Shown: positions 53,501-61,676, numbered from the stretch's first letter. The stretch is 64,000 bases of DNA from Octopus vulgaris (GCA_951406725.2 OX597814.1:182714001-182778000), one strand, 5' to 3'. Numbers and translations are program-made. Notes: generated by a model from the letters alone, not told the origin.

Positions 53501-55682
53501 GAGAACAAACACAATGTATGGAGTATGCATATATTTTTTAATTAGATATTAATGAGAATATAGGAATTGCTTAGAGACACAGTGTTTCATGCTGAAGCAT
53601 TTCCCAAACTGAGATTTATAAAAATAGTTACAACATTGTTAAGGAAATAAATATGTGTGTGAATGTGGATATTCCTTGCTATGCTTGTCACTGCATGAAC
53701 AATATGATGATATTTCCTTGTTTATTTTCTGAATATATATATATATATATATATAAAATATATATGTATATATAGGCGCAGGAGTGGCTGTGTGGTAAGT
53801 AGCTTGCTAACCAACCACATGGTTCCGGGTTCAGTCCCACTGCGTGGCATCTTGGGCAAGTGTCTTCTGCTATAGCCCCGGGCCGACCAATGCCTTGTGA
53901 GTGGATTTGGTAGATGGAAACTGAAAGAAGCCTGTCGTATATATGTATATATATATATGTGTGTATGTGTTTGTGTGTCTGTGTTTGTCCCCCTAGCATT
54001 GCTTGACAACCGATGCTGGTGTGTTTATGTCCCTGTCACTTAGCGGTTCAGCAAAAGAGACCGATAGAATAAGTACTGGGCTTACAAAAGAATAAGTCCT
54101 GGGGTCGAGTTGCTCGATTAAAGGCGGTGCTCTAGCATGGCCGCAGTTAAATGACTGAAACGTGTAAAAGAGTAAAATTGTTAAGGAAATAAATATTTGT
54201 GATGTGTGAATGTGGATATTCCTTGCTATGCTTGTCACTGCATGAACAATATGATGATATTTCCTTGTTGATTTTCTGAATATATATATATATGTAATTT
54301 AAAATACTGAGGGTAGAAATTGATATCAATTAACTAACATCAGTGGTCTAGCATATTCAAAAAATCCAAAGATGTAAAAATTATATTACAATTAATAAGG
54401 GGAATGGCCACTAAAGTGGAATCCTACAGGGTTATAGTTAAAAAAGCAATGTAAAAATGCATCATTCAGAAGACAATAAGGTGACCCCCAAAAGAGTATA
54501 TGAAGCTAAGTGAATGCTTGACAGGATCAAATATCAAGAAAAATAGAAACAATTAGGAGAATTAGGTTAGTGTACATGAATGTCAAACTGCCAAAATGTA
54601 AAAGGATCATCCAAGTGTTCAAAAGCACGACAATCTCAATGGTCTCAGCAGAACAAGATGTAAAGACAGATGAAAACAAAAGGTGGTCAAATTAGGAGGG
54701 TTGGTAGTGGCTAGAGGAGTGTTATTATGTTACAAATTAATGGATCATATTATCTAAGCACAATAAGCTAGATCAAATATCAGACTATGCTAGGGGTCAG
54801 GTCAATGAATTAGAAAGGCTCTGACATTAAAGCAGGTGGGTATAGAACAAGTACTAGAAGTGAATAATTATCTAACTCTGGTATGACATATCAGTCTGTG
54901 ATAAACAGAAAATATTTTCAAAAATGCTGTGACTGCAAAAATGTGATAGCTGACATCTGTCTGGTAATTCAAAAATTGGTAGGAATTTCCTCTTAAAATC
55001 CTGGTAGACACTTCGCTGCTGGGACTGTATGGCGTTCAATCACCTTGATACAACCTTCCTGTTTAAATAATGTATGTATGTATGTGTGTGTGTAAAAAGA
55101 AAGTTACATTCTCATGTTACACTGACTCATAAGGGCTGGTTTCTCAGTTTTATGGCGTATATATTCCCCACCTGGGCAGGACACTGTTCTGCCGTAGGAT
55201 TACTCATTTTTGCCAGCTGAGTGGATTGGAGCAATATGAAATGAATTGTTTTGCTCAAGAACACATGTTGCCTAGTCCAGGAATCGACACCTCAATCTTA
55301 TGATCATGAGTCCAATACCCTAACCATTAAGCTATGTGCCTCCACATATGTGTGTGTGTGTGTGTATATATATATAAACGTCGCCCATTTCAAGCCTAGC
55401 CAGGCTCATGGGCCTGGTTTCCCAGTTTCTGTGGCGTATGTGTTCCCCCCCAGCTGGACGGGACACCAGCCCATCACAGCGTTACTCAAGAAACAGGAAG
55501 AGAGAGTGAGAGAAAGTTGTGGCGAAAGAGTACAACAGGGGTCACCACCACCCCCTGCCAAAGCCTTGTGGAGCTTTTAGGTGTTTTTGTTCAATAAACA
55601 CATACAATGCCCGGTCTGGAAATCGAAATCGAGATCCTCTGACCACGAGTCCACTGCCTTAACCACTGGACCATTGCGCCTC

Positions 55683-55713
<31 letters not shown>

Positions 55714-57765
55714 CATCATCATCATCATCATCATCATATATATATATATCTATCTTTCGAAGAGGCACTGAGCAGCTATACGCAAACATACACATGCGGC
55801 AGTAACTTCCACCTACCGAATTCAATCACAAAAGCTTCGGTCGACTTGGGGCTATAGCGGAAGACACCTGCCCAAAGTGCCATGCAGTGGGACTGAACCT
55901 GAAACCATGTAGCTAGGAAGCAAGCTCCCTAACCACACAGCCATGCCTGTGCCTACATATATATATATATATATATATATATGTATTACCCATGCTAGCA
56001 CTGTAAAAAGCACCTGTGTCAGTGTCATGTAAAAAGCACCCATGCCACTCCACATAAAGAGCACCTGTGCTGGCATCATGGGAAAATGAACCTGGACTGG
56101 TGCCATGTGAAAAAGCAACCATGCCTTCTGCATCATGTAAACTTGTACTGACACTACGTAAAAAGCACCAAGTATACCCTGTAATGCAGTTGGTGTTAGG
56201 AAAGGCATCCAACCAAAGTAACCATGCCAAAACAGATAACTGGAGTTTGGTGCAGCCCTCTGGCTTGCCAATTCCTGTCAAAGAGTCAAACCCATTTCGT
56301 TTTTGGATTTGGTTTGCATGATTCTTTATGTGAGTTTGTGTGTTGAAGTATATTCTGTTGTGTCTGGGGTGAGTCATTTTCTTTTTGTGCCTTATAATTT
56401 AACACACTCACCGGTAATATTTCCACTTATTTCTTTTTTATTTTTCTAAAATTTTCAATTCGTCTTGCAACCTTTCCAAAACTATTGGAAAGGTTGCAAG
56501 ATGCAATGAAAACTTTAGAAAAATAAAAAAGAAATAAGTGGAAATTTTACCGGTGAGTGTGTTAAATTATAAAGCACTAAAAGAGAATGACCCTCCCGAT
56601 ACACAACACTCAAACCCATGCCAGCATGGAAAATGATGTTGAATGATGATGATATCTGAGACCCCCTTCGGTCACGACATAGACCATGGGATTGCACCTA
56701 GAAAGTTACCCCCCCATGCATAAGTCCTGGCAAGGTTGTATATGGAAGACCAGCAGTCGCCCATGCATACCGGCCTCCCCTCTCCCCGCCACCAGTGTTA
56801 TCCAAGGGAAAGGCAAAGGTCAATACAGCTTGGCACCAGTGAAGTTGCAACTCATTTTTACAGCTGAGTGAACTGGAGCAACGTGAAAATAAAGTGTCTT
56901 GCTCAAGAACACAACACGCAGCCTGGTCCGGGATTCGAGCTCACAACCTCACGATTGTAAGCTCGATGCTCTAACCACTGAGCCATGTATATAACATATA
57001 TAATGATGATCATCCTCATTCTTGTTTTAACATTTACATGCAGTCCTATGACTGGCACTCGGCAGTTGCCAGGGCCACTGGACTGACTCCTGTGCAGGTG
57101 GCAAGTGAAGAAACACCATTTCGACCCTGTGCTTGAGGAGATCCATTGAGTCAAGTACACCAACATCAAAATCAATGGAAACTGCAGTTGTGATCCCTGT
57201 GCCGGTGGCATGTAAAAAGCACCATCTGAACGTGGCCGATGCCAGCGCCGACTAGACTGGCTTCTGCGCCAGTGGCACGTAAGAAGCACCCACTACACTC
57301 ACAGAGTGGTTGGCGTTAGGAAGGGCATCCAGCTGTAGAAACACTGCCAGATCAGACTGGAGCCTGGTGCAGCCTTCTGGCTTCCCAGACCCCGGTCGAA
57401 CCGTCCAACCCATGCTAGCATGGAAAACGGACGTTAAACGATGATGATGCTTCTTGCATGGGACAGACAGAATTTGTTGTGGCACATTTTCTATGGCCAG
57501 ATGCTCTTCTTCTTGCCAACTTTCACCTGTTTTCAAGTGAGGTAATAAATTTAGTCTGTCAGGTAGTGAACAGCCTTGACATAATTACAAATCTCTTTTA
57601 TTCACAAAGATTGTATAGTATGTCCGGACATGTCAAGAAGCCTAGATGTGCTTTTTGCAGTTGACAGCAAGCATTAAGACACTGCCTGCATTGATAAAAA
57701 GGCTGTTGCTTTTGTTTATGGTCAGTGAACATGTAAAAACAAGTAGAAATACTAACTTGCTTACA

Positions 57766-57801
<36 letters not shown>

Positions 57802-60800
57802 TACAACAGGGTTCTTTAGTTTCTGTTTACTAATTTTACTCACTAGGTATTAGTTGATACCTGGTTATAGTATAGAACCTTTGGTGATTATGTTCATGCC
57901 ATGGGATGAAACACCTTACCTTGTGCTTCCAAAGCAAACTTCTTAAACACACAGCTGTGCTTGTACTTAGCCATGAATTTCTATAATTATATTTATGCAT
58001 GTGTGTAAATGCATGCATACATACATACATGCATGCATGCATGTATGCATGCATATATGCATGCATACATACATACATACACACATGCATGCATGCATAC
58101 ATACACACATGCATGCATACATACACACATGCATGCATACATACATACATGCATGCATGCATACATACATGCATGCATGCATACATACATGCATGCATAC
58201 ACACATGCATGCATACATACATACACACATACATGCATGCATACATACACACATACATACATATATACATACACACATACACACACACATACACACACAC
58301 ACACACATACATACATACACACACACATACATACATACACACATACATACACACACATACATACACACACACACATACATACATACATACATACATACAT
58401 ACATACATACACACATACAACAAAATATGCTGATCTCTTTAGAAATCTGCAGTTACTCTATCCAGATTACAAGTTCAAGTTTATACCTGCAATTATTGGG
58501 ACACTGAGATATGTAACACACTGCCTAAATAGCAATCTTGAGAAATTAGGCTTCTCAAAACCAGAAAGGAGAAAGCTGATTTGAAGACTAGAGATCCAAG
58601 CCATCACTGGAACTGTAAAAATCTGTAAAACTTTCAAGAAGTTTGTCATTTTAGTATATATGATCATGTCCATACATGCAACTATATGCATAATAATACA
58701 TACATAAAACAAAATATACAAATCTGCGCATAGAAATACATACAAAAATACCCTGTTGATGTTGAAATTCCATTGAAGGAGCCTTGAATCTATGTTAGAA
58801 ACTGGCTCTTTCTCTATTGGCAAGAAATCTTGAAATAAAACTGAATAATGACATACATACCATAAATCCTCGAGTATAGTCTGCTCTAGAGTATAATATG
58901 CAGGGGATTTTTGGGAGGTTGTACCTCTGAAAAACCTAAACCTTGTGTATAATACGCACCCCTTCTCTAACTTGAGTCAAGGGGGTCTATATAATGTCCT
59001 TGGTTTGTAAAAATAAACGTCCTTTATTATTATTGTGTATATAACATAATGCAAACGTGTAGCTTTTTTGTGCATTTTGTTTGCAGAAAATAAAGAAATA
59101 ACAGTAATAACGTTTAATAAATGTTGCTTACAGCAAGTTATGGATGATTCTTCTATGACTTCATTGCTTTCAGGCTTAGCTTAACCCTTTCGTTACCAAA
59201 CCGCCCAAAGCCGCCCGAAAAAAATTTTGGTTAATGTGACTAAACTGCCCAAACCCGCCCGTATTTACCTATTCATATTTAAATGAGAATATCAGAGCAA
59301 ATCTCTTTAGTACATTCGTGAAAACACGTATTATACTTCGTAAACAGTTCAACTACAGTTTTGTACAACAATCGAAGTGTAATTTTAATTCCGTGAATTT
59401 TGGGAGATTTTTTTCTGAAATTTGTTCCTCTTGTGTTTTTAAAATTTGTAATTCTGACAAAAAATGGATACAAATTTCATTATATCAAGCAGCGAGTCAG
59501 AATTCGAAGGATTTTCTACTGAAGACCTACATAAATCTAACTCTATGACTGAAAAAAAAAAGCACGTGGTATTTGATAATGAATCTGATGTTTCATTTTC
59601 CGAAAGTGAAAACAGTGAATCCGAGAGCTCCGACAGCGATAAAGAAAATGATTTGGCACCTTAATGGAGTGAAAATTTAAAAACTGATTCTTTCGGTGAT
59701 TTTTCTGAAGAAACTGGACCAAGACACAGACTCTCCCAGGAGAGTAAAGCCTTAGACTATTTCTTTTTACTTTTTCGAATGAGCCTATTTGAAATCATTA
59801 CGGCGGAAACGAATGTAAACAAAGCGAAAGAAAGGATAGTTTGTGGTTTCCCACAACCTTAAATGAAATTAAGACTATTTTGCCATAAATATTATTATGG
59901 GTATCAGAAAGTTACCCAGAATAACAAATTCTATCGTAAAATTTTGTTGTATACCCAATTGAATATTAGCTAATAACCCATTTTCTATAGCGATTTTTGA
60001 ACAAAATTTTAATAATTTTATATTTTGTGGAATTTACCTGTATCTACCTGCAATTAGTGTCACTTTGTGACAAAAATTATAGTATAGAATTGGTTGAGAA
60101 CATTTCATTAAATTATCTTCCAAAATTCATGTTAATATATTGATAAATAAAAAAGTTATAGTTGTTTAATGAAACCAGACTAAATTTATGATTATATTAG
60201 AAATTAATTGAAACACAGAAATATAGTAACGAAAGGGTTAAGGTATTTTCGCGCCCAACATCACAAAATGTGTCTCAGTAAACATTGTCGGACATTACTT
60301 AGAAAATAATTTTCATTTTTAGTCTCGTATATAGTACGCACTAGGGATTTTGACCTTAAAGTTTTTGGAAAAAAATGTGGATTATACTTGAGGATTTACG
60401 GTACATATGTAATTCTGTTCTATATTTAAGAGATGAGGAATTATGCACATTATTTACATTCGATGGATATTTGTTCTCATCTTGTTTGTTGTTAATACAA
60501 CGTTTCGGCTGATATACCCTCCTGAAGGTATATCCTGAAGACACCTGAAGAAGGCTGAAAGGTATATCAGCCGAAACTTTGTGTTAACAACAAACAAGAT
60601 GAGGACAAATATCTGTTGAATGTAAGTAATGTAAATAATATCATCATCATCATCGTTTAAAGTCCGTTCTCCATGCTAGCATGGGTTGGACGGTTCGACC
60701 GGGGATCTGGGAAGCCAGAAGGCTGCACCAGGCTCCGGTCTTATCTGGCAATGTTTCTACAGCTGGATGCCCTTCCTAATGCCAACCACTCCGTGAGTGT

Positions 60801-61128
60801 AGTGGGTGCTTTTTACGTGCCACCTGCACTGGTGCCAGGCGAGGCTGGCATCGGTCACGGTCGGATTGGTGTATTTTACGTGCCACCTGCACGGAAGCCA
60901 GTCGAGGCGGCACTGGCTTCGGCCACGATTCGGATGGTGCTTTTTATGTGCCACCGACATGATATGTAATTGTTTTAACATATTGTCTTTTTCACATATT
61001 CTCATTTCATACTTTTATCTTTTCTATCTTTTGCAGTTGAATCTCTTCAGGAACTTTTCAATGACATCAACGCTATAGCAAAGTCGGTATATGAAGAGGA
61101 TTCCTCTGATGAACTGTCTTCAAACTAA
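2063..61128 (+). CDS. CCHCR1: CCHCR1/HCR-like coiled-coil alpha-helical rod protein, 5'-partial, 13 exons: join(2063..2115,3061..3148,8970..9080,9430..9536,11573..11685,17101..17227,25874..25995,36740..36810,42547..42664,46448..46549,49504..49655,51953..52127,61037..61128)
   Basis: All introns are GT-AG with compatible phases; the joined 1431 nt give 476 aa plus TAA with no internal stop. Motifs resemble human CCHCR1 as I recall it, in the same order: LLIKKWREKLFSVMVQ (LLNRWREKVFALMVQ), SLSNKQAELDI (SLQDKAAEVEV), ELQQLQKERDLL (ELQQLREERNRL), LNEARREHMKAVISL (LNEARREHAKAVVSL), ERNLIMATLRQEGL (DKNLMLATLQQEGL), SLQELFNDINAI (SLSVLLDDLQDL). Confidence 0.9.
3061..3148 (+). CDS. CCHCR1: CCHCR1-like exon (WREKLFSVMVQHRSAVIQQENDIVKWKEK)
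   Basis: ttttAG acceptor, GTTGGT donor; conserved WREK-F--MVQ motif; lies inside track ORF 3050..3235. Confidence 0.9.
3232..3760 (+). mobile_element. CR1-clade LINE 3' fragment
   Basis: Translates to LKLQRLAADL..THKII..NTRGH..K..FF..RV..WNKLP, typical CR1 ORF2 C-terminus; (ATT)n tail. Confidence 0.85.
3835..4355 (+). mobile_element. CR1-clade LINE 3' fragment, second diverged copy
   Basis: ORF 3899..4192 contains NTRGHAYKVRKQHSSHDFRKHFFTLRVAEAWNKLPASVV; (ATT)n tail. Confidence 0.85.
4839..5370 (+). mobile_element. tRNA-headed SINE-like element with a 3' hammerhead-like motif, interrupted by a ~290-bp insert in its (AAT)n tract
   Basis: A box TGGTGTAGTGG, B box-like AGTTCGATTCC, (AAT)n, then GACAC-CTGATGA...GAAA at 5273-5318. 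Confidence 0.7.
7000..7389 (-). mobile_element. Non-autonomous Helitron
   Basis: Minus strand starts TC(TC)TATATATAAAG and ends CCCGAGCAACGCCAGGCGATACTGCTAG (hairpin plus CTAG). Confidence 0.75.
7985..8235 (-). mobile_element. tRNA-derived CORE-like SINE
   Basis: tRNA-like head followed by TGTTCTTGAGCAAAACACTTCATTTCACGTTGC..CACTCAGCTG..AAAATGAGT (CORE-like); relatives at approx. 55110-55345 and 56655-56988. Confidence 0.7.
8641..8854. mobile_element. TTAA-type (piggyBac-like) MITE family 2
   Basis: Family termini TTAACCCTTTAGCATT ... AATGCTAAAGGGTTAA; copies at 28321-28543, 47183-47407 and approx. 31665-31868. Confidence 0.75.
8970..9080 (+). CDS. CCHCR1: CCHCR1-like exon (VSNIQNKLNISENQIQIFNHSLSNKQAELDITINESK)
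   Basis: ttcAG acceptor, GTGAGA donor; 111 nt, phase 0-0. Confidence 0.88.
9149..9289. mobile_element. Mariner-type MITE
   Basis: TIRs AGGTTGTCCCAAAAGTTCGTA / TACGAACTTTTGGGACAACCT with TA flanks. Confidence 0.8.
9430..9536 (+). CDS. CCHCR1: CCHCR1-like exon (KIQDDLANAQETLNSQNTFLQDNQEIMKNLKEFCL)
   Basis: Poly-T tract plus ctAG acceptor, GTTATT donor; phase 0-2. Confidence 0.85.
10215..11327 (+). mobile_element. Degenerate RTE-clade LINE 3' fragment (ORF2 C-terminus plus tail)
   Basis: Homologous to the 44351-45825 copy; KFRELLP...LYDAC...MLYSSET..WYGHVMRM motifs with stops; (GAT)n tail. Confidence 0.8.
11573..11685 (+). CDS. CCHCR1: CCHCR1-like exon (LSGKFEEFYQMFASVNKKLSSYGQRVQFASSRILLIK)
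   Basis: ttAG acceptor, GTTTGT donor; phase 2-1; resembles LPSLNNRLSYAVRKV. Confidence 0.87.
12140..12325. repeat. (ATAC/ATGC)n microsatellite with a 24-bp higher period
   Basis: Repeating GCATACATACATGCATGCATGCTT. Confidence 0.9.
12620..14432. repeat. Diverged inverted duplication (arms 12620-12788 + 13453-~13620 vs ~14075-14432)
   Basis: The reverse complement of 14260-14432 aligns to 12620-12788 and that of ~14075-14260 to 13455-~13620; the left arm is split by an RTE tail with an AGGTAT target duplication. Confidence 0.85.
14927..15146. mobile_element. piggyBac-type MITE family 1
   Basis: TTAA flanks, TIR CCCTTTCGTTAC; inverted copy at 15810-16033, further copies at 49685-49901 and approx. 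61305-61540. Confidence 0.8.
15810..16033. mobile_element. piggyBac-type MITE family 1 (opposite orientation)
   Basis: TTAA-CCCTTT ... GTAACGAAAGGGGG-TTAA; reverse-complement homolog of 14927-15146. Confidence 0.8.
16441..16670 (+). mobile_element. tRNA-derived SINE with Nin-like central domain
   Basis: GCCTTTCATCCTTTCGGGG.TGATAAATTAAGTACCAG resembles the Nin-SINE domain; copies at approx. 6315-6510, 25520-25710, 33540-33740, 40285-40479, 52335-52495. Confidence 0.7.
17101..17227 (+). CDS. CCHCR1: CCHCR1-like exon (DIMAKQKYLSRLQQQTEQQEGKYSETSPENSVTSEKCVESLE)
   Basis: ttttAG acceptor, GTATGC donor; phase 1-2 is required by the next exon. Confidence 0.82.
17706..17990 (+). mobile_element. Helitron-like non-autonomous element family B (5' part)
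   Basis: Starts TCTCTTATTATAAAAGG; a near-identical segment at 19839-~20180 abuts a Helitron CTAG end. Confidence 0.55.
18160..18595. repeat. Compound (ATAC)n/(AC)n/(GT)n microsatellites
   Basis: Seen directly. Confidence 0.9.
18600..19185 (+). pseudogene. Mariner transposase remnant (N-terminal HTH region)
   Basis: ORF 18763..19068 (HILLYEF..A.E.TRNI..VYG...QWWFQKFR..SLED.P) continues past a stop into GKVSKLGQWVPHEL, the mariner WVPHEL motif. Confidence 0.9.
19204..19838 (+). mobile_element. Non-autonomous Helitron family A
   Basis: 5' TC, 3' hairpin CCCGAGCAACGCCGGG plus CTAG; internal tandem sub-repeats; copies at 22018-22416 and 34795-35192. Confidence 0.8.
20850..21905 (+). mobile_element. 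Internally deleted piggyBac element with transposase N-terminal remnant
   Basis: TTAA on both sides, TIR CCCTTTCGTTAC; ORF 21119..21610 has an acidic N-terminus and YFFLLF..IITAETN.YA...TTLNEIKAYFAINIIMGI.KLP (piggyBac/PGBD-like). Confidence 0.9.
22018..22416 (+). mobile_element. Non-autonomous Helitron family A
   Basis: TC...hairpin-CTAG termini; homologous to 19204-19838. Confidence 0.8.
22620..22975 (+). mobile_element. Non-autonomous Helitron-like element family C
   Basis: 5' TCTCTATATCTATAA, 3' GCTAG preceded by a perfect palindrome. Confidence 0.6.
25874..25995 (+). CDS. CCHCR1: CCHCR1-like exon (TPEHIIVELQQLQKERDLLSSQLSDLTAGVEERMQAEKTK)
   Basis: Poly-T plus gcAG acceptor, GTAATT donor; phase 2-1. 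Confidence 0.88.
27545..27770 (+). mobile_element. Mariner 5' end (TIR plus start of transposase), truncated
   Basis: TATTGGGTTGTCCGGAAAGTT TIR-like start; ATG at 27728 gives MEDKKVHFRHLMLW, resembling a mariner N-terminus. Confidence 0.65.
27790..28080. repeat. (GT)n/(AT)n compound microsatellite
   Basis: Seen directly. Confidence 0.95.
29663..30062. repeat. Degenerate (CAC/CAG/CAA)n trinucleotide tract
   Basis: Seen directly; explains the poly-V/L ORFs on the minus strand. Confidence 0.9.
30632..31701. repeat. 37-bp tandem array (~29 units) with mostly alternating A/B variants
   Basis: Units TTTAGCATTCAAGCCAGCCATATTCAGCCCAAATATA and TTTAGTGTTTAAACTGGCCATATTCAGCCCAAATGTA. Confidence 0.95.
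32681..32972 (+). mobile_element. tRNA-derived SINE family B
   Basis: Head GGAGGCACAATGGCCCAGTTGTTAGGGCAGTGGACTCGCGG..GGTTTTGATTCCC; copies on the minus strand at approx. 8350-8550 and 55385-55685. Confidence 0.75.
34389..34794 (+). mobile_element. R4/Dong-like non-LTR retrotransposon 3' fragment (restriction-like endonuclease region)
   Basis: IVVWDRGAKVCTVIEVSCPEDINISLKIKEKEDMYGQLL then NLQLLYPDYEFIFVLIIIGALG, typical REL-domain C-terminus with stops. Confidence 0.75.
34795..35192 (+). mobile_element. Non-autonomous Helitron family A
   Basis: A|TC ... hairpin CTAG|T insertion signature. Confidence 0.8.
36170..36660 (-). mobile_element. Degenerate RTE-clade LINE fragment
   Basis: Same ORF2 C-terminal region as 44351-45825, heavily decayed. 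Confidence 0.7.
36740..36810 (+). CDS. CCHCR1: CCHCR1-like exon (YELQVSHLKEELHKSSISFQETSK)
   Basis: ttctAG acceptor, GTAGGT donor; phase 1-0. Confidence 0.8.
37770..37999. mobile_element. Tc1/mariner-type MITE
   Basis: TIR CAGGGTTGGCCAAAAGTCACCTGACAGT and its exact reverse complement; TA flanks. Confidence 0.9.
38012..38222. mobile_element. Mariner-type MITE
   Basis: TIR GAGG..GTGCTGAAAAGTTCCTGG / CCAGGAACTTTTCAGCACCCCCTC; TA flanks. Confidence 0.8.
41647..42066. mobile_element. Non-autonomous TIR DNA element containing TTAGGG repeats
   Basis: TIR ATCTTTTCGGTTTGAATGGCAGTTTTT and its reverse complement; flanking GACATTTT/GACATTTC duplication. Confidence 0.85.
42547..42664 (+). CDS. CCHCR1: CCHCR1-like exon (KLGNVSNQLFELQTCLEEKKQKIEILEGELNNQKSESKE)
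   Basis: ttgcAG acceptor, GTAAAG donor; phase 0-1; heptad-like composition. Confidence 0.85.
43436..43977 (+). repeat. RTE tail copy with ~6 tandem 67-bp units
   Basis: Unit starts at 43436, 43503, 43570, 43637, 43704, 43771; ends in (GAT)n. Confidence 0.9.
44351..45825 (-). mobile_element. RTE-clade LINE, 5'-truncated (RT C-terminal region plus 3' UTR)
   Basis: ORF 44923..45276 MLHGSETW..RRLRWYGHVARM...GRGRPRKTWDEVV, typical RTE ORF2 end; continues into the modular tail and (GAT)n. Confidence 0.9.
46448..46549 (+). CDS. CCHCR1: CCHCR1-like exon (ALRNQERVHDEILVKQVSEMDEKLNEARREHMKA)
   Basis: gtcAG acceptor, GTGAAA donor; LNEARREH signature. Confidence 0.92.
46707..47112 (+). mobile_element. 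Helentron-associated (HINE/DINE-like) non-autonomous element
   Basis: Sub-terminal inverted motif CCTCCGCCA / TGGCAGAGG, (GTCT)n microsatellite, 3' hairpin GCACTC-TCC-GAGTGC, ends CTAGTT. Confidence 0.7.
49504..49655 (+). CDS. CCHCR1: CCHCR1-like exon (VISLQQKDRQLDREKGQ...KSERNLIM)
   Basis: ttacAG acceptor, GTGAGA donor; phase 1-0; lies inside track ORF 49356..49679. Confidence 0.92.
51953..52127 (+). CDS. CCHCR1: CCHCR1-like exon (ATLRQEGLIGKIRLDRK...ESSHRK)
   Basis: ctctAG acceptor, GTAAAT donor; ATL-QEGL motif; phase 0-1. Confidence 0.9.
53774..54176 (+). mobile_element. Near full-length SINE family A copy
   Basis: AGGCGCAGGAGTGGCTGTGTGGTAAG head with GGTTCAGTCCC B-box-like motif through the AAAAGAGTAA tail. 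Confidence 0.88.
56296..56609. mobile_element. Palindromic (foldback) insertion with a 10-bp target duplication
   Basis: Arms 56356-56479 and 56485-56608 are reverse complements; TCAAACCCAT at 56286-56295 and 56610-56619. Confidence 0.8.
57995..58418. repeat. (ATGC)n/(ATAC)n/(AC)n compound microsatellite
   Basis: Seen directly. Confidence 0.95.
58419..58857 (+). mobile_element. R4/Dong-like non-LTR retrotransposon 3' fragment
   Basis: KYADLFRNLQLLYPDYKFKFIPAIIGTLRYV..LEKLGFS; homologous to 34389-34794. Confidence 0.75.
58860..60401. mobile_element. pogo/Tigger-like non-autonomous element hosting a nested piggyBac
   Basis: TIRs CC(A/G)TAAATCCTC(G/A)AGTATA at both ends with TA flanks. Confidence 0.75.
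59185..60237 (+). mobile_element. Internally deleted piggyBac element, second copy
   Basis: TTAA-CCCTTTCGTTAC...GTAACGAAAGGG-TTAA; highly similar to 20850-21905; transposase remnant with a premature stop (ORF 59464..59664). Confidence 0.9.
60410..60640. mobile_element. Head-to-head inverted pair of the hammerhead-bearing segment (Penelope-like)
   Basis: Both halves match 5273-5370; plus copy has GACAC-CTGAAGA-AGGCTGA...TCAGCC-GAAAC at 60540-60585. Confidence 0.7.
61037..61128 (+). CDS. CCHCR1: CCHCR1-like terminal coding exon (VESLQELFNDINAIAKSVYEEDSSDELSSN*)
   Basis: Long pyrimidine tract plus gcAG acceptor; phase 1; TAA at 61126-61128. Confidence 0.87.
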
Positions 61129-61637
61129 ATTTCTTTTACGTATACAAACTGAAAAAGAAACAAAATATCCTTATTTAAACTGAAGAAACAATTACAATTT
61201 CTTGTTTCTTTGATGGCATCCCCCAATTTTCTAATTAATATTTCTTATAAATTTTGCTAATTAATTCTTTTCCTGAGCTAATTAAAATTCTCTCTGTTAT
61301 GTTAATCCTTTTTGATACCAATCCATCTGAGATTACCTTGGGATCAGTGATACAAACTTCATGTTTAAGGTAATCTAAAAACCTTCCATCAAACTTTTAT
61401 GTTCATTTGTGTCCCAAATGCAGATCAATAACGACAGTCATTTTAAATTTTTAATGTATTGAAGAATTTACTTCTATACATTAAAAGTTACTTGGAACAA
61501 AATTGATGTATTTCAACAGAATTATGGGAGCAAAAGAGTTTAGAAGGAAAATCTACTCAGAAATGTTTGTAAATACATTTGTATTTATGTATATGCATTC
61601 AAGTGTATTTTTATATGTGTATTTATGAGTGTATGTG

Positions 61638-61676
<39 letters not shown>

